Assembly: GCA_964035545.1 (NCBI GenBank)
Contig: CAXIUT010000287.1
Coordinates: 1 to 23,239, forward strand
DNA: 23,239 nucleotides
From: Bugula neritina
Taxonomy: Eukaryota; Animalia; Bryozoa
Direction: 5' to 3'
A model generated the notes under the pieces. That model did no database searches. It saw nothing but the letters and a program-made list of their open reading frames with translations, and had not been told where the DNA came from. Every line of letters starts with the position of its first letter. Position 1 is the first letter of the stretch. Positions 1 through 11,160 of this stretch are shown one piece after another. The translations under genes were made by a program, and so were the position numbers.

Positions 1-94
1 CCCAACCCCAACCCCAACCCCAACCCCAACCCCAACCCCAACCCCAACCCCAACCCCAACCCCAACCCCAACCCCAACCCCAACCCCAACCCCA
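1..94 (-). repeat. Left telomere (CCCCAA)n
   Basis: Perfect CCCCAA tandem array from base 1; same unit as Tetrahymena-type T2G4 telomeres. Confidence 0.97.
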
Positions 95-123
95 TATTGT
101 ATTATATATCATTTTATTTTAAA

Positions 124-141
124 TAAGAATTATAGATATTA
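124..141 (+). repeat. 18-bp direct repeat copy 1 (TAAGAATTATAGATATTA)
   Basis: Identical to 1044-1061. Confidence 0.8.
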
Positions 142-159
142 ATAATCATAAAATTCTGA

Positions 160-1026
160 TCATTTTATTCTCTTTTCAGTTTTTCTATTTAAAGTCAATT
201 CATTTTTATTTTTAAGAGAAGTTGATGTTCTTGATTTTTTGCTTTTATATTCTGCTAATCTTTTTTAGAGATCGTTAAATTTAGAAACTAATGCTTAGTG
301 ATATTTTATATTTTTTGAATTTGTATCTTTCTCTTCAAGTTTATGACAAGTTGAATCAATATTCAACTATTTTTATTTTGAAAGCTAATTAATTTTAGGA
401 GTTGACTTAGATTTTCTAAATTTGTTTTATTATTAACTGCATTGATCTTTATTATCCTATTTCTGAATAGATTTAGTATTAAAATTTTAATTTTTTGTTT
501 TTTATTCTATTAACTTAGTTTTCAATTCTTCAATTTGTTCTTTTTGATCAGCTATCTAGATCTATAGTTATCGATTCTTCTGATTTGATATTGATAACTT
601 ATTTTTAAGATTTTATATCATATCTATGTCTAGTTTAATTGACTAATTTTTTTATTCTATTTTGATTTAGAGTACTCTATTCTTTTATATTTCTTTATAA
701 AATTACTCCAAAATAATTTATATATTTTGTTCTCTTTGTTAGTAACTTTCAGTAATCAGAAAGAGTTCCTTTCTTATAAGAAAATATTTATCATTAAAAT
801 CAAAAAATATTCTGAATTTAATAGCTGCTTATTTCGATACTTTGATTCTACAGAGAGGACAAGGAATAGTTCTTTTTCTTGGTATTAATCTAAACAATGA
901 TAAATGACACTACTCGCATACAATATGTTGGTTTGGACACATAAGAATGGGATACTTTTTGTCTTTATCGAACTATTAGAAACAGATGTAGCATGTGTTT
1001 TAGCAGAAATCTGGCTAGAGGTTCAT
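160..1026 (-). CDS. RING-finger (C3HC4-type) plus coiled-coil protein, 288 aa
   Basis: With TAR=Glu, open from ATG 1026 to TGA 160: MNLEPDFCENTCYICFEEFDKDKKYPILMCPNQHIVCEECH...IPCPLCR, then a Lys/Glu-rich coiled coil. Confidence 0.85.
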
Positions 1027-1043
1027 AATTGATTTGATTTATT

Positions 1044-1061
1044 TAAGAATTATAGATATTA
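1044..1061 (+). repeat. 18-bp direct repeat copy 2 (TAAGAATTATAGATATTA)
   Basis: Identical to 124-141. Confidence 0.8.
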
Positions 1062-1170
1062 TACTCTTGCATACATGGAATTTATTAAGATTTTAAGAAA
1101 TTAAATCAGCTATGTGAAATAAAATAATTTTGAATTAATATAAATATAATCAAATAATCGATAGAAATTA

Positions 1171-2061
1171 TCAAATAAATATTAAAGGAATCCTAATATT
1201 AATGGATTTAATAATTTTTTCTTTATTTACTTTGCTTTTAATCGATTTAATTTTATTCTCCACTAATGAAGCCCTACTTTTAGCCTTAATGTGACTACTT
1301 TCGCAATTATTTAAATCCAATTTACTTTTTTTAATATTTGAAGATGATTTGGTTTAAACTTTTTTCATTGAATTCTTTTTATCAGTGCTTTTATTGGACC
1401 TTATTTATGGATCTATTAATTGATATTTTTGAGATTTATGTCCTCTAGGTTTTTAAGATTTCAAAGAATATGCTTAGGAATTCTGACTTTCTTATATTTT
1501 GAGATTATTTTCTAAATTTTTATTTCTCAATTTGAGTCTATTTATTTTTTATTCTTTTTTTGATAGTTATCTTAATAATAATTATTTGATTTATTTTTGT
1601 TCTTTATGATTTATTCTAGTTTATTTATTTTTAAAGAAACTTTTACTAAGACGATTATTTATTTATTTTATTTGTATCTATAAAGATTTATTATTCTTTT
1701 GATATTATTTATTTTTTTAAGTCAAAGTTTATATTGTATTTTTGTCTATATGTTTCTTCAATTTTCGATATTTGTTTTGAAATTAGTTGAGTAATATAAA
1801 TTTTTGAGTTTAACCTTTCTTTATTTTTTATCTACATTCAGGACATTGAATAAAATTTGATTTAGAAACTTTTTATAGATTAAGCAAACATTGTTTACAG
1901 ATGATATGCTGATTTGTGCAGAGTATCATTGGATATTTTTTATTTTAATTGAACTTATAATAGCATACACTACAAGTGAAGTTCTAAGGCATAGTTTTTT
2001 TGTTGTTTATTTTATTATTATTATTAAAAAGAAAGAGGTTTTAAGTTATAATTGATTACAT
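1171..2061 (-). CDS. RING-finger plus coiled-coil/basic-tail protein, paralogue of 160-1026 (alternative start 1992)
   Basis: FTCSVCYYKFNENKKYPMILCTNQHIICKQC...IQCPECR; frame open to TGA at 1171. Confidence 0.82.
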
Positions 2062-2307
2062 ATTTTTATATAGAGTTAAATTTCTTATTTTGAATTACTA
2101 TTTATATTTTTACATTCTGAATTCATAATTAATATTAATTTTATAATGATTCTTTTCTACTTATTATTTTTCTTCAAAAAATGATTACTTGAGTATTTCA
2201 TCAAATCATTGTTCTTACTAAGATACATTTAAAAAAGTATTTATGAATAAAATTAATTTACATTCTTTATCAGCTAAACTTAATTTTCATTTTATATTGT
2301 ATCTACT

Positions 2308-3991
2308 ATGTTCCTGAATAAGTACAAGAACAAACGCAGACTGGGAAGAGGAGCTTTTGGATAAGTCTATTTGGTTTAAGATTAGAAAGGTGTTTAATAT
2401 GCTCTCAAAATTATCTCAGTCAAAATGATTGATCAAGAATCTTACATGAGGGACTATCTTGATGGAGAAATTAAGTGTATGAGAGAGATGGACTCCCAAT
2501 ACATTCTTAAACTCTATGAAGTGACTGAAGATGAAAAATATATTTATTTATTGTTATAATACTGTGATGGAGGTGATCTATCTAATTTTCAAGGATATCT
2601 AAAGGATATGGTATTCCCTCTGGATAAGGCAACTGAGGTGCTTGCAGAAGTGATCAAAGGCTTATAAATTCTACATAGAGTGGGCTACCTTCATAGAGAT
2701 ATTAAGTCATAGAATGTTTTGATTAAAAAATAAAATGGAAAAATGGTAAATATTTGATGATAAAGGTTTATAAGTTAGCAGATTTTGGGTTTAGCAAAAA
2801 GAATGTTGAAACCAAAACTGTTCTGGGAACTGAACCTTTCATGTCTCCTTAGATATTTGCAGGAAATAAGAATACTTTTTATGGCTATGAAGTTGACATG
2901 TGGGCTTTTGGAGTACTTTTCTATTTCATGTTAAATAAAGAATATCCTTTCAGTACTTTTATTTTAAATAAGAACTTAATCCTCACTATCCTCCTCTCAA
3001 GAAAAGTCAAGAACTAAAAAAGTTAGCAGCTAACTTTAGTTATAAAGAATCTGTTAAAAATTCTAAAAAGCAGAAGATGGAAAACTGTACTCCTTAGATG
3101 GAAAGCTTATTTAAGCAGATGTTTGACTTGGATCCCTAAAAAAGAATATCATTTTTTAACATCCGTGGTCATTCTATTTTTATAAAATATTTTCCAGATT
3201 TACAAAAAGAAGCTTTAAGTCTATATAGTGCTATATTCAAACCAAGTAAAATCATAAAAAAGCCAATAATTGAATATCAAAAGGAAGCATAAATATTAAA
3301 AAGAAAAAAATATTAGATAGATTTCTTGAAAGAGAATTCAAATATTTTCTATCAATCTAAAGATCTTCTGAGTAATCCTTAGAAATTAATGATTTCTTAC
3401 AATACACTTAAGTACTATATAATCTTGCTTCGAAAATATAAAGCTAATATGAATTAATAATCACTAAAAATTCAATATCCAAAACATAAATGGAAATAAT
3501 ATTTCAATAGTAAATTCTTCAAATAATATAAAAACAAAATAGATGATGACTTAAAATAAAGTTAAAAAACTTTTAAAAACATTTATGATCAATGTGCAGC
3601 TTGTCTAAAATAAATTTCTGAAATAAATTCAAAATTTCAAAGTTCTTTTAAAAATGATATCAAAGAACAATAGTTATAAAATGATTTTAAAAATAGTTAT
3701 CAAAAATCAACGATCTATCTTTTTTTAAAACTAAAGGAAAAATTAAAAAATAATAAATAAAAAGACAATAAAGTCAGTTAAATTCTTTTGTTAGTAGCTA
3801 TTTCTCATGCTTTCAATATTTTTTCAAATCAATCTACTTTAAAGGATATTTTTAGTGAGTACTTGAAATAACGCAAATCGGATGTGGAAAAGATGGACTT
3901 CAATGATCTCAGGTCATGGATGAAGAAACGTGAATCAAAATATTTAGAGAATCTAGCGATGAGCATTATTGAAAAGTATTTCGCAAATTGA
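2308..3991 (+). CDS. Ser/Thr protein kinase (ULK/CAMK-like) with helical C-terminal extension, 547 aa; introns 2746-2765 and 2953-2972
   Basis: LGRGAFGEV, YALK, LEYCDGGDL, HRDIKSENVL, ADFG, GTEPFMSPE, DMWAFG, DPEKRIS; two 20-nt GT-AG introns restore the frame. Confidence 0.93.
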
Positions 3992-4275
3992 TTCATAAAA
4001 AATATCATTTATTATCATATTTTTTATTAAACTTGAATAACTTTTGAAAGAACAAATGATAAATATTAAATTGATTTTCATAGATATAAAATGATGAGTT
4101 TTTTACATGTTAAGATCTTTAGGAATTACTATTATATTTTTTAAAAAGTGACCAAAATATATTAAATGACTTTCATTTTGATAGAAAATATCAAAAAGAA
4201 TCAATTTTGAACTATTTTTTCATCTAATTTTAAATATAAAACTGTATAAATTTAAATTATAAAAAAGTTCAAATA

Positions 4276-4581
4276 ATGGCATCATTTGAGGACATGGCAA
4301 GTGACCTAAACTCAACAGTGCATGAGTTGAAGGCAAGGAAAGAAAAGCTTAAAAGATAAATAGAAGAAGATGAAGTTGAATACTAACAACTAGTATCATA
4401 ACTATAAAACTTGAATGAAAGAAGAAGAGAAATTGATCATTCAGTTAAGGAGTACAGAAATGAGAAAGAAGAACTGATTAATGTGATTGAATAAACTGAA
4501 TAGACAAAGCAGAAAATCATTGATAGTTTGAAATATCTTGGAGCCAATCTGAAAAAATATAAAGTTCAAGAAAAGGCATGA
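4276..4581 (+). CDS. SSNA1: SSNA1/DIP13 (NA14)-like microtubule/basal-body coiled-coil protein, 101 aa
   Basis: LNSTVHELKARKEKLKREIEEDEVEYEQLVSELENLNERRREIDHSV...VIEETEETKQKIIDS matches the length and register of the DIP13/SSNA1 family as I recall it; ends TGA TGA. Confidence 0.7.
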
Positions 4582-4683
4582 TGATAACTTATTTTATGAT
4601 TTAATCAATATTAATAGTAGTGATATTCTTTTATTTTGATTCGAATAATTATAATATCAACAATGTAATAATCTTTGGCAAAG

Positions 4684-5559
4684 ATGAGTAAAAAGTAAGC
4701 AAAAAAGAAGAAACAGCAAGAAAAGAAAAAGGAAAAATAGTTATAAAAGAAGTAGGCTTCTAATTAGGAAGAAGATTATGAAGATATTGACTTAAATCAC
4801 ATCTAAGATGATTCAAAAAATGATAACAACCAAAATATGGAAATGAATTTTTTGATTGGATAAATAACTGAGTAATATTATCACTCTCTCAAAACTATTT
4901 TACTTAGATTTGGATAAATAACTAAAGTTACTAATAGTTAAATTTCTAATATACTTTTGTAAAATAAAAAGATTGGTAATGTTTCAATGGGCTAAGAATC
5001 TGAAGATGATGACTAATAGTAATAAGAATAATAAGAATAATAACTTTAAGATGATGAAAATAACATCTATTCTATCTTATCCATTATATCTGGAAAGAAT
5101 AAGTTATCAAAAATGATAAAGAAAAGTGTAATGAAAGCAGCTTAAAAAGAAGGTATTAAAGAATAAGACAAGAATATAATTAATCAGGAGTCAACAGGAA
5201 TCTTAGTCAACGAAAGATTGCCAAATTTACCAGCTTTTATTGTTAAAAGCAGTCACGAAGTATTTAAAACAGATATGCTTGGATTATAAAAAACTGACAA
5301 GAAACTTTTTAGTTAGTATTGTTCAGGATATCTTTTGAATATCAGTTAGGTTCAATTTGAAGGTTCTAAATAGTTAGAAAAACTTGTCTTTGCTAAATTT
5401 TAAGACTTTTAAATGTGCAAAAGATCGAAGGTATGGTGGTTGGGAGATCGCAATCCAACTTTAAAGAAGAAAGCTGATATGCGAAATCTCTACTATCTAA
5501 TAAGTGCCAAGGAATATTTCAAAGGAGTTGATAATATTAAGAGTTATTTAGTGTAGTGA
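4684..5559 (+). CDS. BCCIP: BCCIP/Bcp1-family protein, 291 aa
   Basis: Basic/acidic N-terminus, YYHSLKTIL, acidic loop then IYSILSII, TGILVNERLPNLP and FAKFED, characteristic of BCCIP/Bcp1. Confidence 0.78.
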
Positions 5560-5586
5560 TGAAGTGATAGTCTTTGTGATTATAAT

Positions 5587-5976
5587 ATGTATTTGAATTC
5601 AAACTTATCAAGTGTTTAGCTGCTATTAGAGTTGCTTTTGGAATATAAGCGATCATTCTATTTCAAAATACATTTAGGAGTTGTTGTGCTTTTGGGTTGT
5701 TTCTTGTTCGTGGTTTATTTCAAGGAAAGATAGTTATGGGCGAAGGCTTTTCAATATTAACCAAAAAGAATATTAAAGAAAGTCGATACAGAGAAATACA
5801 TTGATAGTTCTAAAAGGTTAACAGAGATAGAAGTATAGAAATTGAAAAAGTCACAAGCTTATCGTCAATATATATAAAATAGAGATAGACCTGATTCGTT
5901 TTACAACAGGAAGATGGAAGATGTAGAATAAATAGTATTTAGTGATGAATAAGATGATAATAGAAAGAGCAAATGA
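5587..5976 (+). CDS. Small single-pass membrane protein, 129 aa
   Basis: ATG 5587 to TGA 5974; hydrophobic IHLGVVVLLGCFLFVVYF followed by a charged tail. Confidence 0.7.
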
Positions 5977-6006
5977 TTTAAATGAATGTTTATTTAGGAA
6001 AATAAA

Positions 6007-7137
6007 TCATTTTTATGACATATTTTTATCAATATTTAAACCTTTAGGGATTTAAATTTTGATTTATTCTGAATTTATTGTAGTTTATTTGATTTATTTG
6101 TTCATTGTTTTACAACTGAATTCACTAGTCTGACTAAATTCATTAGATTATTTCTAATTTTTCGTTATATCATGATTAAATGGGGCTTTTTGGAATAATA
6201 TCTATTGATAAGTTGTATTCTTTTATTCTATTTTCTGTTTTCTGCTCACCATTTCGGTTTAAGGATCGATTAATTGAGTGTTGCTATTTCCAAATATTTT
6301 TAGTATATTTTTGCCAAATTTTGATCTTAATTTATAAAAGAAATACTTTGAGAAAGGATTGCCTGAAATCGAATCCCATGAATCTTTGCAATATTCACTT
6401 GTAGTTGTATTTTTTATACTAAAAAATACATGAAAACCTGTCAGTATTCCAACAAATAAAAGTGCCAAAATCACATAAACCATAAGTATAGCATTGATTA
6501 TTAAATAACCAACCTAGCCTTCTCTTTTAAACTATATCAAAGCTATCACAACTGAAACACCTACAAATACCAACATAATAAAGAGCGAAAAAATAAAGCT
6601 AAAAAAATATTTATAATTTCTTTTTCCAACACAGGTACCAATCCAAGGACAATGATGATCAAACCTTTCAACACAGATATTACATTCATAGCAATGTGAG
6701 GCTCTAGGTGGTCTAAAGGTCAAACATGTGGAACAAAATTTTATCCTCAGACTATGAGTTTTTATGGACATTTAGTAATTTTTTGTATAATCTCGTATTT
6801 CTTCAGATTAATATCTTGAATCTAGAGGTATTTTTCTATGTGATTTATTTTAGTATGCTGGTAAAATTTTAGGAATCATTCCTGGATCAGTTATTCCTAG
6901 CATAACTAAAATACACTGAACGATGATATGTAAAATTCCAACTAGAACAGATAATACGATGTTACTTTTCCATGCAGTGATAGAATAAAAAAGTAAAGCT
7001 GGAATCCATATAAGTAGATGTGTGATAATATATTTTTTTGGTTAGGCTACGAGCAGACCACAACATTGTTTGTAGGTTTAGTAGTTAGGAATCTATGAGA
7101 CTTCATGGAAGCGATTTTGTTTTGATGATGAAGACAT
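6007..7137 (-). CDS. DHHC palmitoyl-acyltransferase (Erf2/ZDHHC9-like), ~376 aa (alternative in-frame start 7227)
   Basis: [57 protein letters not shown] and NPF motifs; track ORFs 6532-6771 and 6259-6483 share one frame when TAR is read through. Confidence 0.95.
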
Positions 7138-7328
7138 CGCAGTTTATTAATATAAAGGTAGCGATAGTTTGTAAGTAAAAAGTACAAATTTGGTATTAGT
7201 CGAGATATTATCAAAAAAAATATTCATAGATTTATTTTTTAACAATTTATTTATAGACTCTCTTATTTATTTTATGTTTCTAGTAAATTTCTTATCATTA
7301 TTAATATTAAGCTATATTCTATAGAAGA

Positions 7329-8087
7329 ATGGAATCATCTAATCAGCCTCATCCTATTCACCCTCAAAAGAGTGAATAGTCTGAATCAGGTAGTTTGGAT
7401 CTTGAGTAGTAAACTTGCTGGAAAACAAATTTAATGCTTTCATAAGAAGTCTAGAGAGTATAAGAAAGGAATCATATTTTCAAGAAGAGAACTAGTTTTG
7501 AAAATAGCTTCATCAATGAAACTCTTATTAAAATGAAAAACATAGTTAGTAGTACAGGGTTAGAGATGAGTCAAAAAGAAATGCCTCAAAATGATAGTGA
7601 TTTTTCTGGAGTAAAATAATCAAAAGAAATAGCAAGTATTAATGAAAACCTTTATATGACATAAGATGAAAAATATGCCATAAATGAGATAATACTTAAC
7701 AACCAGGACAACTTTAGTGTTTTTATGAGACTAGCAGCAACTCTAGAGTAAAATAGATCATAGTTGATATACTTACTAGCAAAAATTCTATATTTTTCTA
7801 CATCAGAAATCAAAATAAAATGCTAGCATAATTCTAGTCAATAAAAAACACTAGAAATCATGAATCAACATAGATTAAAACTAGTGGATAGCATTCTTAA
7901 CCAAGAAACAGTCAAAGTGATAAATCCTTATTTCTTTAGCAACGTTAACTAGCAACCTTTAATGCATATAATCGATGGATGGTTTTATCATGTTTTGGCT
8001 GTTAAGCAGGGACTAAGTACCGAGGGATGGTTTGAGGAGGAGTAAGGAAATTTCAAAGAGGAATAAGAGAACCTTTTTGAAAATTGA
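7329..8087 (+). CDS. Hypothetical protein, 252 aa
   Basis: Open frame MESSNQPHPIHPQK...GWFEEEEGNFKEEENLFEN-TGA; no recognised domain. Confidence 0.65.
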
Positions 8088-8142
8088 TTGATTGTATGAT
8101 ACTTTCATTGATTGTCTATAAGTTATTGAAAAGCAATAAATA

Positions 8143-8784
8143 TCATAATGAATTTTAACTGACCGAATACTGATGATAATGATATCGATTCGTTGATTTA
8201 ACTTGATGCAGGCAAGTTAGATCAAAATATTCATCGATATTTGCTTTCTTTTGTTTGCTATTAACAACTTTATATTTATTATTTTTGACTAGGAAGCGAT
8301 TGCTAACTCTAACTTGTTTATTCTATACATATTGATCAATCGATTATTTATTGGGACTATTTTTTTAATAGCCATAGATATGAGGTATTTTTCTTTTTTG
8401 TCTGAATTGGTAGTTAACTTGTTTCTTTTCTTGAAATATTCTTGAAGATTGTTAGCTTTCTCTATCTTATTCTTACTGAACATATTATTATTCGTATCGT
8501 ATCTTTTTCTGGAGGTGGTTGTAGATCAATCTTGATAGTTTGTTGTTATATGTTTTATCTTATTGGTTTATATGATTGCTTTATGTTTTTCTGTGTTTGT
8601 TTAACAATATTGGTGGGGGAGATAGATTACTAGGTTATGTTTTGAGGTTGCGGAGTGGAATGAATGCAGAGGGAGTTGTTCGATTGATGGAGGGTAGGGA
8701 TTGATCGATTGTTGGGAGGTTGTATTTTAGAGGAGTGCGGATAGGTTAAGAGGTTCCTTTGCGATTTGATTCTTTGAAAAGCAT
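8143..8784 (-). CDS. Hypothetical low-complexity protein, 213 aa
   Basis: Open frame MLFKESNRKGTSEPIRTPLKYNLP... to TGA 8143; Pro/Ser-rich N-terminus. Confidence 0.6.
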
Positions 8785-8982
8785 TTATTAGTTTTATACG
8801 ATAAATTATTATTACTAATATGAGAATTATAAGGAGTGAAATCGAAATCTTTTTCTAGAAATAAAAATCTTAAGAAGGCAAATAATCAAGAGTGCTTTCT
8901 TTACTAATGGGAAACTTCGATTGGATAATTAAAAATATTGAATTAACTTATAAATATCTAGTTTATTTTAAAATAATGAATC

Positions 8983-9067
8983 TTGGGGTTGGGGTTGGGG
9001 TTGGGGTTGGGGTTGGGGTTGGGGTTGGGGTTGGGGTTGGGGTTGGGGTTGGGGTTGGGGTTGGGGG
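8983..9067 (+). repeat. Internal telomeric tract (TTGGGG)14
   Basis: 14 TTGGGG units, last with G5; same polarity as a right-hand telomere. Confidence 0.95.
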
Positions 9068-9930
9068 TTATGTTATAAAAAATGATACTACTCTACAATT
9101 AAAACTTATCAAACAATAGCCTAAGCATCAATTATTTTATGAAAGAACAATGAATAATAGTTGGATCTTAAAGATTGAAGAAGTATTCAAGATTCTTGTA
9201 TTCGATAGTTCAAAGGTTTAAATTTCTTAATAAGGTCATTTGAAAATAATAGCTGTTCTAGATTTTCTTTTGAAAAGAGACCTATTTAACTTCAATTAGA
9301 TCTTTAGTAGATTAAAAATAAAGATTAGCAATTTGAATTATTATCTAAATTTATTCAAGCTGAAACTGATCTTAAGAAAATTGTATCTAATGATTTAGTA
9401 ACAAAAATAAAAATGGAGTTACCTTAAAATAAATAATTTTTGAAAAATTTGAGATAAATTAAGACAAAGTTAAAAAAATAAATAAAAGGGAAGTTTATAA
9501 TTGTTTTGTTCATAAAGAAATTCTTCCTCAAGTTGGAATGTTTACTTTATCATTTAGGATAGTTAAATCAAAGGAAAGCAAAATTTTAGTCGGAATAACT
9601 TCTTAATAATTAACATAATTTAATCTTCAGGAAACTAAACCAAACATAATTTTGAATTTATAAACCAGTTATGTTTATGAATAGTGTAAAAGATATACTT
9701 GGACAGAACCACTTCCTATTGCTAAAAATAAATCAGAAATAACTTGTGAAGTTAATATGAAAGATTTTGGATTCGTTGGTTCGTAGATGGACATAAAAGA
9801 ATTTCCAGTTTTTCTCATCTTACAAAATTATCGAAATGAGACTTTTTGTAGCAATGAAAACTTATGAAGACTAATTTAATTCATCTAAGAATGATCAAGT
9901 ATTCTTGTAAATAATCTATAATCTTATCTT
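9068..9930 (+). pseudogene. 5'-truncated, frameshifted gene fragment with a SPRY-like C-terminal domain (pseudogene or sequencing-error region)
   Basis: Coding-like sequence starts at the telomere tract with no clear ATG; candidate introns 9216-9234 (19 nt) and 9469-9488 (20 nt); ILPQVGMFTLSFRIVKSKESKILVGIT...ITCEVNMKDF/WIRWFVDG/MRLFVAM needs frame changes near 9153, 9766 and 9830. Confidence 0.5.
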
Positions 9931-10446
9931 ATTCATCATAATTATTTGTTAAATACTGAATAATTCTACTTTTTAAAGTAATTCATGATCATTTGAAGTA
10001 AGTTGAAGGTAATAAGTCAATAAAATCTTTGGCTTAAGAATTTTAGATTACAGAAAAGGTAGTTATCGAATATTATTGAATTTAGGACTTTCTTTCTTAT
10101 CAGAACTTTGCTCATTCGATTTAGATATTTTTTTATCAATATTGATTGCTAATTTAGGCGTCTCTCTAAAACTGATATCTTTCTGAATTGGAAATTCTTT
10201 TGATACATTCCACTAATCAATCAAAAACTTAGCTATCCAAGGTACTGTTCCTCCTAAAGCTCCATAAACTCCTTTTCCTGTATATATTTTAGCTATCCAA
10301 TAGCAAATAGTTGATGTAACTAGACATTTTCTTATTAGATTGACAGGATCAACTTGAGGATGCTTCTGATAGATGGTTCTATCGAGTCTATTGGCCCAGG
10401 GGTAGTTGATTGCATTTGATATTTTATAAATGAGGTCGTTTTACAT
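9895..10446 (-). CDS. Hypothetical protein, ~183 aa (3' end uncertain)
   Basis: MENDLIYKISNAINYPWANRLDRTIYQKHP...GKGVYGALGGTVPWIAKF; frame open to TGA 9895. Confidence 0.6.
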
Positions 10447-10476
10447 GTATTATTATGAATTAGAGCAGTATAGAAA

Positions 10477-10833
10477 TCAATCAAGAGAACTTTAGTTGTC
10501 TTATTAGAGGTGGATAATGTCTGTATTGTAAGGTTTAGTTGGAAGACTAGCGTAGACTCGATTCCTTGATTGACTATTGTTGCAAAAGGAAACTATCATA
10601 ACGACGATAATGACTGCTACTATTAGGAAGAAGATAAAGAGACTTTGGTTGAATTCAAGTTCATCTGGTTCTGACTTCGGAACGAAGGTTAGATTTTTTG
10701 GGATCTTAAGATTTTTGACTACTTCTTTAACGAAACTATAAGGCTAAGGGTTGATGAAGGTGATTGGAAGTGTAATCTGTTCGGATATAGACAGAACAGG
10801 TTGTGAGGAGAACTATATGTATGCCTATGACAT
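10477..10833 (-). CDS. Small single-pass membrane protein, 118 aa
   Basis: ATG 10833 to TGA 10477; TM segment LFIFFLIVAVIIVVMIVSFC. Confidence 0.68.
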
Positions 10834-11160
10834 GTCTGTGAAGAGTTAAATTGAGATCAAAAATTTAAATATCAAATCATGAGAATAATGATTGATTTTT
10901 ATTTATTATCAAAGATAAAATATTAAATAATATAAAATGGTAAATTATAAGAGAAAAGAGTAGACGAGATTATTTTTTATTTAAAATTCTTTGAATTTAT
11001 GTTAGATTTTCTCTAAAGCCTTTGATCTATAGAAGTTTAGTTTTTTATTATTTCAGGATTGCTTTCTTGATGATATATTTTTCAAAAACTAAATGATCAG
11101 AATTATAATACCAGCCGTCGGAAATGATTATTTAAATTTATAATTATTAAGCACTTCCTG

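Noticed and set aside
2031-2043. Partial resemblance to the Tetrahymena chromosome breakage sequence (TTAAAACCTCTTT on the minus strand)
   Set aside because: Lacks the AAACCAACC core and is not near a telomere
5780-5870. Faint similarity to the NEMP-family C-terminal helix
   Set aside because: Too few matching residues to support without a profile search
6180-8633. Track ORFs 6180-6404, 8289-8483 and 8442-8633
   Set aside because: Antisense or wrong-frame relative to longer genes once TAR is read as Glu
8892-9119. Track ORF with poly-(GV) repeat
   Set aside because: It is simply the telomere tract translated, with a GTG start in AT-rich subtelomeric DNA
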